Below are positions 56,802-64,000 of a DNA stretch of 64,000 bases, in pieces. Below the pieces are notes generated by a model. That model saw only the letters and a program-made list of their open reading frames with translations. It did no database searches and had not been told where the DNA came from. Position numbers and translations under genes: made by a program. Numbering within the stretch: position 1 is the stretch's first letter; every line of letters starts with the position of its first letter. The DNA is taken from contig JBBRSP010000004.1 in assembly GCA_038245295.1 (NCBI GenBank), positions 160,001 to 224,000 on the forward strand, given 5' to 3'. Origin of the DNA: Candidatus Binatia bacterium (lineage in GTDB: Bacteria; Desulfobacterota; Binatia; HRBIN30).

Positions 56802-59519
56802 CTATGCAGGGGCAAGCCGCATCCGGCCATCAACGACGATCGCACCCTCGCCCGGCGCCAGCACCTTGATTGGGTTCAGATCCAACTCGCGCAGCTCAGG
56901 GATGATGTCGACGATCGCCGAGACACGCGTGATGATTTCGATCAGCGCCGCCCGATCTCCCGGTGGAGCACCGCGATAGCCGTCGAGCAACTTGCCACTA
57001 CGCAACCGGCCGAGCATCTCGGCAGCGTCGATGTCGGTTACCGGCGCCAGCCGAAACGCTACGTCGCGCAGCAACTCGACGAGGACGCCGCCGAGGCCGC
57101 AGACCAACAGCGGCCCAAACGTCGGATCGGTCGTCACACCAACAATCGCCTCGATTCCGCCCCGTACCTCGCGCTGCAACAAGACACCATCGAGAGACTT
57201 GCCGACCGCCCGCAAACGCTCCTGCAGCGTTCGCGCAGCCTGGTCAACAGCCTCAGCCGACTCTAGTCCCAGGATGACCGCTCCGATGTCACTCTTGTGA
57301 ACGACATCGGCGGCAATTGCCTTGGCAACCAGCGGATACCCCATCCGTTCGCCGACCGCCGCTGCGTCATCGATCGAGGTCTGCTCCGACTCAACCATCC
57401 GGATACCCGCCACGCCGAGGATCGTCGCCAGATCGCCGGAGCCCAGCCAACACGGTCCGTCGGTGCCGTGCATCACGCGGTCGACGATCGCGCGGATCGT
57501 GCTCCTGGCGAAGTTATCGAGCAACACTGGCACACCGGCCGGCCGGGCGCGCCAGCGTCCGTATTTCTCGGCGGCCGCCAACGCCATCGCCGCGTTCTCG
57601 GGAAAGCTGTGCGACGGAATGCGCCCGCGTGGTCCGGCGCTCAACAGCGGCGGCGCACCCCTCGCGGACAGAAACACAGTCGACACCGGCTTCGTTGCCG
57701 GCACCGCGGCCGCGCCGCGGGCGATCGCTTGCGCGATCTCGTCCGGAGTCGTCGCCAGGAGCGGAATATAGATCACCACCAGCGAGTCGATATTCGGATC
57801 GTTGCCGACCGCCGCCATGGCGCGCTCGAACTGCTCGGGCGTTGCCGACGCGATGATATCGACCGGATTTGAGAGGCCCGCTTGCGCCGGTAGAAACGAC
57901 CGCAAGGAAGCCACCGTCGCGGCATCGAGAGTCGGAAGAGCCAAACCATGCGCCTCACACGCGTCGGCGAGCAGGATTCCCGGGCCGCCGGCGTTGGTGA
58001 CCACACCAACACGCGGTCCCGCCGGCACCGGCTGCGTCGCCAGCAACGCCGCCGTATCGAACATCTCTTCGAGCGTGTTCGTACGAATGACACCGGCCTG
58101 CTCAAACAGCGCGTCGACAGCGATGTCGAGACTGGCCAACGCCGCCGAGTGGCTCGATGCGGCGCGTGTACCGGCGGCCGAGCGGCCCGACTTGACGGCG
58201 ATGATCGGTTTGCGACGCGCGATCTCCGGAGCGAGGCGCGCAAACTTGCGCGGATTTCCGAAGCTCTCAAGATACAGCAGGATCACTTCGGTGCGCGGAT
58301 CCTCCGACCAATACGCCAGTAGGTCGTTGGCAGATACGTCCGCCTTGTTGCCGACCGAAACGAAGTTCGAGATGCCGATATTGAGAGCCTGCACACGATC
58401 GAGGATCGCGATGCCGAGGGCGCCACTCTGCGACAACATCGCCACATTGCCGGCCGGCGGGAAGGTCGGAGCAAACGTCGCGTCCAGCAACACCGCTGGG
58501 TCGGTATTCAAGACGCCCATACAGTTCGGCCCGACCAATCGCATGCCGGAGCGCCGCACCAGCTCGCGCAGTCGCCGCTCGGCGGCGCGGCCCTCGGCCG
58601 AAGCTTCGCCAAATCCCGATGAGATCACGACGACGCCGCGTACGCCGGCGTGGATGCAATCGGCGACAGCATCCTCGACGGCCACGGCGGGCACGGCAAT
58701 CACGGCCAAGTCGACGGACGCGCCGATGGCACTGACCGTTCGATACGCATTGAGTCCGTCGATCTCGCCGGCATCGCGATTGATCGGATAGATTGGACCG
58801 GCGAATCCGGCCCGACGCAGATTGCTGAGGAGTGTGGAGCCGACAGTCCCGGGATGACGCGAGGCACCAACCAACGCAACCGCACGCGGCTCCAGGATCG
58901 GCCGCAAACTCTGCGCCGTAGCCAACAGGTCACGACCGGCACTGGCCTGGACGTACGCTTCGGTCTCGGTGGTAGGGAAAGATACGTGCACAACACCTGC
59001 CTCGATCGAGCGCTGCGTCACAAAACCGCTGTTGCGGAACACGTTGAGCATCTGGTTGTTCTCACCGAGCACATCGGCCTCGAACTCGCCGATTCCGTGG
59101 GCCCGCGCGATTTGGCTTAGGTGCTCGAGCAGCACCGTGCCGATACCTCGCCCCTGGTGCTCGTCGAGTACCGCAAATGCCACCTCGGCGCGTGCGTCGG
59201 TTGCGTTGGTGCGGAAATAGCGTCCGACGCCGATGATCCGTTCAACGCCATCCGTGTTGAGCGTCGCGACGAGGGCTACCTGATTGTCGAAATCGATCTC
59301 GGTGAAGTTCTTCAACTCATCCTCCCGCAAACGTTTGCGAGGCGTGAAGAAGCGCATGTAGACGGAGCGCTTGCTCAGATGATCAAAGTGTTCACGCAAA
59401 CGTTCCTTATCGTCCGGTCGGATGGCGCGGACATAGATCGAGCCGCCATCGTGGAGGATTTCCTCGACACTGTAGGTGCGCGGATTCGCCGCGCCGACAT
59501 CGCCAGGTAGGTCGGTCAT
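56802..59519 (-). CDS. GNAT fused to ADP-forming acyl-CoA synthetase (Pat-type protein lysine acetyltransferase)
   Basis: N-terminal GNAT (AEVAFAV.D..QGRGIGT), GPNCMG, SQSGALG, AASSH, HKSD, ELDLNP. Confidence 0.9.
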   Translation of the reverse strand: MTDLPGDVGAANPRTYSVEEILHDGGSIYVRAIRPDDKERLREHFDHLSKRSVYMRFFTPRKRLREDELKNFTEIDFDNQVALVATLNTDGVERIIGVGRYFRTNATDARAEVAFAVLDEHQGRGIGTVLLEHLSQIARAHGIGEFEADVLGENNQMLNVFRNSGFVTQRSIEAGVVHVSFPTTETEAYVQASAGRDLLATAQSLRPILEPRAVALVGASRHPGTVGSTLLSNLRRAGFAGPIYPINRDAGEIDGLNAYRTVSAIGASVDLAVIAVPAVAVEDAVADCIHAGVRGVVVISSGFGEASAEGRAAERRLRELVRRSGMRLVGPNCMGVLNTDPAVLLDATFAPTFPPAGNVAMLSQSGALGIAILDRVQALNIGISNFVSVGNKADVSANDLLAYWSEDPRTEVILLYLESFGNPRKFARLAPEIARRKPIIAVKSGRSAAGTRAASSHSAALASLDIAVDALFEQAGVIRTNTLEEMFDTAALLATQPVPAGPRVGVVTNAGGPGILLADACEAHGLALPTLDAATVASLRSFLPAQAGLSNPVDIIASATPEQFERAMAAVGNDPNIDSLVVIYIPLLATTPDEIAQAIARGAAAVPATKPVSTVFLSARGAPPLLSAGPRGRIPSHSFPENAAMALAAAEKYGRWRARPAGVPVLLDNFARSTIRAIVDRVMHGTDGPCWLGSGDLATILGVAGIRMVESEQTSIDDAAAVGERMGYPLVAKAIAADVVHKSDIGAVILGLESAEAVDQAARTLQERLRAVGKSLDGVLLQREVRGGIEAIVGVTTDPTFGPLLVCGLGGVLVELLRDVAFRLAPVTDIDAAEMLGRLRSGKLLDGYRGAPPGDRAALIEIITRVSAIVDIIPELRELDLNPIKVLAPGEGAIVVDGRMRLAPA

Positions 59520-59532
59520 CGGTTCGGCATCC

Positions 59533-61152
59533 TCAGGCTCCAACGCGCAGACTGCGCACGCGTGCTTTTAGGGCGGGGATTGTCGGCGGCGAAACACTCA
59601 GCGCACGAAAGCCGATGCCAAGGAGCTGCGGGGTCATCGCTTCACGGCCGGCCAGCTCACCGCACAGGGTCACGGGGAGATCGCCGGCGTCGGCGACGAT
59701 GATCTCGAGCAGACGCATCAGCGCGTGGTGGGTATCCTGGAAGTAGCGGTTGACGGCCGGATCATCGCGTCCGGCGGCGAACGTGTACTGCGTCAGGTCG
59801 TTGGTGCCGACACAGAGAAAGTCGACGTGTTTGGCTATCGCCGGCACACCCAAAGCGGCGGCCGGCGTCTCGATCATGGCGCCGAAGGGCGGCGGCGTCT
59901 TGACTCCACAGGCGGCGCACATGGTTTCAAATACCTCACGGATGGTGCGCACATCTTCCTCGAGCGTCACCATCGGCACGAGGATGCGCACCGGGTAACG
60001 CTCGGACAAACGCGCCAGCGCCGCGAGCTGCGGGCGCATGAGGCCCGGATGTTCGAGCAGGATACGCGCGCCGCGCATGCCAAGGCCGGGGTTCGCCTCC
60101 GGCGGCAGATGCAAGAACGGCATCGGCTTGTCCCCACCGACGTCGAGGAGACGTACGGTCAGCGGCTTGCCGTCCAATCGTCCTGCGATGCGATCCAACG
60201 CGGTCAACAATTCATCTTCCGTCGGCGGCAGCTCCTGCGTCAGGTAGAGTTGTTCAATTCGGAAGAGCCCCACACCGTCGGCACCGTTCTCGAGCGCCAG
60301 CTCGATGTTGTCGTTCGCCCCGAGGTTGGCTTCTACCTTCACCAGGGTTCCGTCGAGCGTGTGCGCCGGCTCACGACAGGCGCCGCGGCAACGCATCTGC
60401 GTGGATTGATACTGATCGAGGCGGGCTTCGAATTCGGTGCGCGTGGCCGGATCCGGGGCGATGACGATTTCGCCGATGTAGCCGTCGACCAGAACCTCTT
60501 CGCCTTCCCGAACACGCTCGTGTACGCCCGCGAAGCCGGCAACCGTTGGAATGTTCTTCTCCCGCACCAGCAAGGCGGCGTGTGAGGCTTGCCCGAGCGA
60601 TTCGACAACAATCGCCGCGATGTCATGATTGGGCAAAGCAACGACATCGGAGGGCAACAGGCGCTTGAAGATCAACACACAGCCCGCCGGCAGATCGGTG
60701 AGCCGGTCGCTGTCGCGCGGCTCCAGGTGGCGCAGCAAGCGTCGCCCCAGATCGGCGATGTCATCGGCGCGCTGCCGCATACTGATGTCTTTCAGGGAGC
60801 GGAAGTTGTCGATCCAACGGCGAAACACCCGACGCACCGCCGTTCCCGGGTCGAGCCGTGCCTCCTTCATCTCCGTGCGGATCTCTCCCGAGGACAGGAA
60901 GTTGTCGAGCATCATCTCGTGGGCCCGGAAGATGTCGGCAACACGCGGGCCGACCTGCTCTTCGAGTCGGCGCACCGATTCGGCAAGCTCTTGGCGGGTA
61001 TTCGCGAAGGCAACCTCGATGCGTTTCCACTCGGAGTCGAACCCTTCGACGGCGATGAGCTCGCGCGACTCGGCTTGGTGCAGGATGTCGCCCACCCGGA
61101 TGGCAGGTCCCATGCCGAGCCCCGACGAAATCGCCGTTCCAGAGAGAATCAT
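59533..61152 (-). CDS. ptsI: Phosphoenolpyruvate-protein phosphotransferase (PTS enzyme I)
   Basis: SHAALL phospho-His, GVGLFR.E, RLLDVGGDK, MIETP, GTNDLTQY, CGELAG. Confidence 0.9.
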   Translation of the reverse strand: MILSGTAISSGLGMGPAIRVGDILHQAESRELIAVEGFDSEWKRIEVAFANTRQELAESVRRLEEQVGPRVADIFRAHEMMLDNFLSSGEIRTEMKEARLDPGTAVRRVFRRWIDNFRSLKDISMRQRADDIADLGRRLLRHLEPRDSDRLTDLPAGCVLIFKRLLPSDVVALPNHDIAAIVVESLGQASHAALLVREKNIPTVAGFAGVHERVREGEEVLVDGYIGEIVIAPDPATRTEFEARLDQYQSTQMRCRGACREPAHTLDGTLVKVEANLGANDNIELALENGADGVGLFRIEQLYLTQELPPTEDELLTALDRIAGRLDGKPLTVRLLDVGGDKPMPFLHLPPEANPGLGMRGARILLEHPGLMRPQLAALARLSERYPVRILVPMVTLEEDVRTIREVFETMCAACGVKTPPPFGAMIETPAAALGVPAIAKHVDFLCVGTNDLTQYTFAAGRDDPAVNRYFQDTHHALMRLLEIIVADAGDLPVTLCGELAGREAMTPQLLGIGFRALSVSPPTIPALKARVRSLRVGA

Positions 61153-61421
61153 TCGTTCACCTTGCCCGCCAAGCCGAGCATGTACAACCTACGAACCCGT
61201 GTCGTTTGCAGGTGCCCTCACCGCGCCTTTCCGCTCCAGCTCTGACCCACCTGTTGTTCGAACTCTTCCTGATCCTTCCGGAACTGCTGTTCAAACTCGA
61301 TGCGTGACGCCGGCGCCGTTGGGCAAGCATTGCCCACGACGCAGATGTTTGTCAGCATTCCGCCAATGCGGCGGGCACGCCCCGCCGACGGCAGCTCGTT
61401 GCGACGAAAGGGTTCCGGATC

Positions 61422-62078
61422 ATGACAAAACGAGTCACCCTCAGCTTCGACAACGGCCCTTGGCCTGGCGTCACCGAACGCGTCCTTGATCTACTGGCGC
61501 AACGCCGTCTGCGTTCGACGTTCTTCGTCGTCGCTCAGAATCTACGTCGGCCCGAGGCACGCTTGCTGGCGCAACGCGCCGTGCGAGAAGGTCACTGGAT
61601 CGGCAACCACACACTCACACACAGCGTGCAACTGGGTGACCTCGGCGCCCCGACGGAGGCGTATCGCGACGAGATTGGCGCAGCACAGGAGCTCGTCGGC
61701 GATCTGGCGCACACCGAACGTTTCTATCGCCCCTACGGCGCCGGCGGTTTACTGGGCCCGGATCTCCTGAGCCCGGCGGCCGTCGAGTATCTACGCAACG
61801 GCCGGTACACCTGCGTCCTGTGGTCGAGTGTGCCGCAAGATTGGGTGCCAGAGGTGGATTGGGTCGAGCGCTGCCTCGCCGATGTCCAGACCCAGGATTG
61901 GCCACTCGTAGTCCTGCACGACCTGCCCGGCTGCGCGCCGCGCCGGCTCGCCGAGTTGCTCGATCGCCTCGCCGAGAAGGGCATCGAGGTCGTGCAAGAG
62001 TTTCCGGACAACTGCGTGCCGATTCGCGGCGGTGCGGTGGTCGGGCCGATCGACCACCTGATGCATCCAGGAAGTTGA
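61422..62078 (+). CDS. NodB-type polysaccharide deacetylase
   Basis: LSFDNGP, STFFV, GNHTLTH, YRPYG, VLHD. Confidence 0.85.
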   Translation: MTKRVTLSFDNGPWPGVTERVLDLLAQRRLRSTFFVVAQNLRRPEARLLAQRAVREGHWIGNHTLTHSVQLGDLGAPTEAYRDEIGAAQELVGDLAHTERFYRPYGAGGLLGPDLLSPAAVEYLRNGRYTCVLWSSVPQDWVPEVDWVERCLADVQTQDWPLVVLHDLPGCAPRRLAELLDRLAEKGIEVVQEFPDNCVPIRGGAVVGPIDHLMHPGS

Positions 62079-62132
62079 TCAAGATCAGACGTGCCCGCGC
62101 CTGCCATCGGTGTACCGAAAACCAAGCAGGCT

Positions 62133-62190
62133 AAGGCAGAGGCAAAGGCAAAGGCAGAGGCAAAGGCAAAGGCAAAGGCAAAGGCAGAGG
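62133..62190. repeat. Hexamer tandem repeat (RAGGCA)x9 plus a partial unit
   Basis: AAGGCA/GAGGCA units directly between convergent genes. Confidence 0.92.
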
Positions 62191-62193
62191 GGG

Positions 62194-63729
62194 CTACATC
62201 CCCGTCGCGAATAACGTCCCGTTGTTGATCGCGTAAACCGTACCATCAGGCCCGATCAAAGTCGGCGTGTACGCCTCGCCGAGGCCCGGCGTGAGGACAA
62301 GCGACTGCGACAGAAGTCCCGTAACGGTATCCCAGCGGTAGAGCTTGCCGTCCTCGTTGTTGACGAGGATGGCCTTCCCCAACGAGTCGACCGCCGCCGT
62401 ATTGATGCACCACTCGCGCACCGCGTTGGGGAACATGGCAATGTGATCCTGGTCGGGCGTCGGGCCGGCCACCGTCATCACTTCCTTCATCACCGTGGCA
62501 CCTGAAATCGGATCGAGCATCGAATCGTTGGGATCGAGAATGGCGATGCGGTTTACGCCGTCACCGACGCCGGCGTAGTTGTTGTACTTGGTCATCACCA
62601 GGTACGCAGAGCTTCCAACATACGATGGCACCATCGCCGCCGGGACGATCGACGCCGTGTCGTCCCAACCAAACGCGCCGGGGAAGCCCTTCGGAGCCAA
62701 CGACGCGGCGAAATGCAGCAGCCAGCCACGGAAATGATTCGAGGGATACGGGTTCTCCAACACACCGATGTATACATCGCCGTCTGGTCCGACCGTCGGC
62801 GACGCTGTGCCATCGTCATGGATCTGCGCATCCATGCCGGAAAGCGGATCGACGAGACGGACCTTGTTGATGAATGCCAGCGTCGTGCTGTCGAGCTCGA
62901 GGAGATACCCCGGCGCCGCGCTGAGGCCATCGGCTTGATTGACGACGACGTACAAACGCGTGCCATCGAGACTCAAGGCCGGCGCCGAATTGTGCGCCAC
63001 CTTCGTGATGGCGGGGTCGGCTGCCGCAGTGGCCGCGCCAACCCAGGTCGCGCCGCCACCCTCGGCAATTCGCGCGATACCGCTGGTTAAATTGAGCGAC
63101 GTCGGGCCGGTTACCTGGAAGCCGAAATAAACCGTGCCGTTGTTGTCCGCCGTCAGCGGAGTATTGATGAAGACGTTGCGGGTGTAGTCGCGCCGATGCA
63201 GCCGGTAGGCGTCGTTGCCGTAGAAGACATTGCGCGTCGCACGGCTCGGTCGCATTGAATCGATGTTGTTGAAGGAGTTGACGACACCACCCTTGCCCGG
63301 CACCCACAATGTGCCGGTGGGAGACAGCACCGGCGAGAAGCTGGGGACCCAATCGTGTGGTGGCGACACGTAACTCGACGAGCGCCGCCACAGTCGTTTG
63401 CCGTCGCTACCGCGATGCCCTTCCACCCGATATGTCCCGAAAGCCCTGGCCTTCACCGGCACAATCACCGTATTCGCGGCGCTGATCAGCGGTGAGCCGT
63501 AGTGGATGTATAGGTAGTCGCCGGAATACTGTGGCTTGCGATCGACCGCCATCTGCCAGCGGATCCGGTTGATGGGTTGGCTGGCGACCGTCGAGACGGC
63601 ACTGTGCTGAGCGTCCCTACCGTAACTGCCCCAATGGGGCAGACTTGGCGACGTGGCCGCCGCCGGCACCGACACGGCGATGAGAAGCGCAACGGACAAA
63701 CAACGAGCGACCGACAGCGGGGGATGCAT
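62194..63729 (-). CDS. Secreted beta-propeller-like protein of unknown function
   Basis: Signal peptide; W..YGRDAQHS, HYGSP, SP.VGPDG.VY, EWCIN, YTPT.IGPDG.VY. Confidence 0.75.
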   Translation of the reverse strand: MHPPLSVARCLSVALLIAVSVPAAATSPSLPHWGSYGRDAQHSAVSTVASQPINRIRWQMAVDRKPQYSGDYLYIHYGSPLISAANTVIVPVKARAFGTYRVEGHRGSDGKRLWRRSSSYVSPPHDWVPSFSPVLSPTGTLWVPGKGGVVNSFNNIDSMRPSRATRNVFYGNDAYRLHRRDYTRNVFINTPLTADNNGTVYFGFQVTGPTSLNLTSGIARIAEGGGATWVGAATAAADPAITKVAHNSAPALSLDGTRLYVVVNQADGLSAAPGYLLELDSTTLAFINKVRLVDPLSGMDAQIHDDGTASPTVGPDGDVYIGVLENPYPSNHFRGWLLHFAASLAPKGFPGAFGWDDTASIVPAAMVPSYVGSSAYLVMTKYNNYAGVGDGVNRIAILDPNDSMLDPISGATVMKEVMTVAGPTPDQDHIAMFPNAVREWCINTAAVDSLGKAILVNNEDGKLYRWDTVTGLLSQSLVLTPGLGEAYTPTLIGPDGTVYAINNGTLFATGM

Positions 63730-63828
63730 ACAGTCTTGCTACCATGGCGCGCTTCCCTCTGAACAGAAAAAATTCCGCACCGTTCGAGGCGAACCGCCCT
63801 ACGACACCCCCCAGAGGCAGGGAAGCGA

Positions 63829-64000
63829 TCAGCCAATCGCGCCGGCGTCGCGCAGCTTGGCAAACTCGGCAGCGTCGATACCGATCTCGGCGAAGATCGC
63901 TTCACAATCGGCACCCGGCAGTGGTGCTTCGGTGCTGGCTTTGCCCGGCGTGCGCGAGAAGCGCGGCCCCGGTTGCGGCGCGATGGCGCCCTGCAGGCCG
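63829..64000 (-). CDS. CaiB/BaiF CoA-transferase family III, C-terminal fragment (starts outside window)
   Basis: Manual translation GAIAPQPGPRFSRTPG....APLPGAD...IFAEIG....FAKLRDAGAIG-stop. Confidence 0.75.
   Translation of the reverse strand, partial: GLQGAIAPQPGPRFSRTPGKASTEAPLPGADCEAIFAEIGIDAAEFAKLRDAGAIG

Noticed and set aside
1..64000. tRNA, rRNA, transposase, integrase or prophage genes
   Set aside because: None recognised in the ORFs or intergenic regions by inspection.

Overview
GC-rich bacterial chromosomal window. The C-terminal CxxDC..V(T)xDEL..V..AL..C repeat at ~51.1-51.3 kb and the Cys-rich secreted proteins suggest Candidatus Binatia/Binatota or a related lineage (inference). 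From left to right: a tandem pair of paralogous secreted proteins of unknown function, an FG-GAP lipoprotein with a 12-Cys insert, two ABC transporter pairs, a GT39-like glycosyltransferase, MAPEG, and a decayed O-antigen-ligase-like pseudogene. Next comes a stress/low-oxygen-type block (Usp, BCAM0308-like, PIMT-erythromycin esterase fusion) carrying three sigma54-type promoters. A ~14 kb XrtA/PEP-CTERM-type exopolysaccharide operon follows, with no exosortase in the window. After it are an S1/P1 nuclease, GH127, a radical SAM/SPASM protein, and a CzcCBA-type efflux pump with a two-component system. The right part holds a four-helix-bundle gene embedded in 9-bp GTGGAC arrays, a GNAT-cNMP fusion, a heparinase II/III-like surface protein, ilvA, LOG, RNase II, a GNAT/acyl-CoA synthetase fusion with ptsI, a deacetylase, a secreted beta-propeller-like protein and a partial CoA-transferase. 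I saw no rRNA, tRNA, CRISPR array, transposase or integrase. All family calls come from motif recognition by eye; no database search was run.
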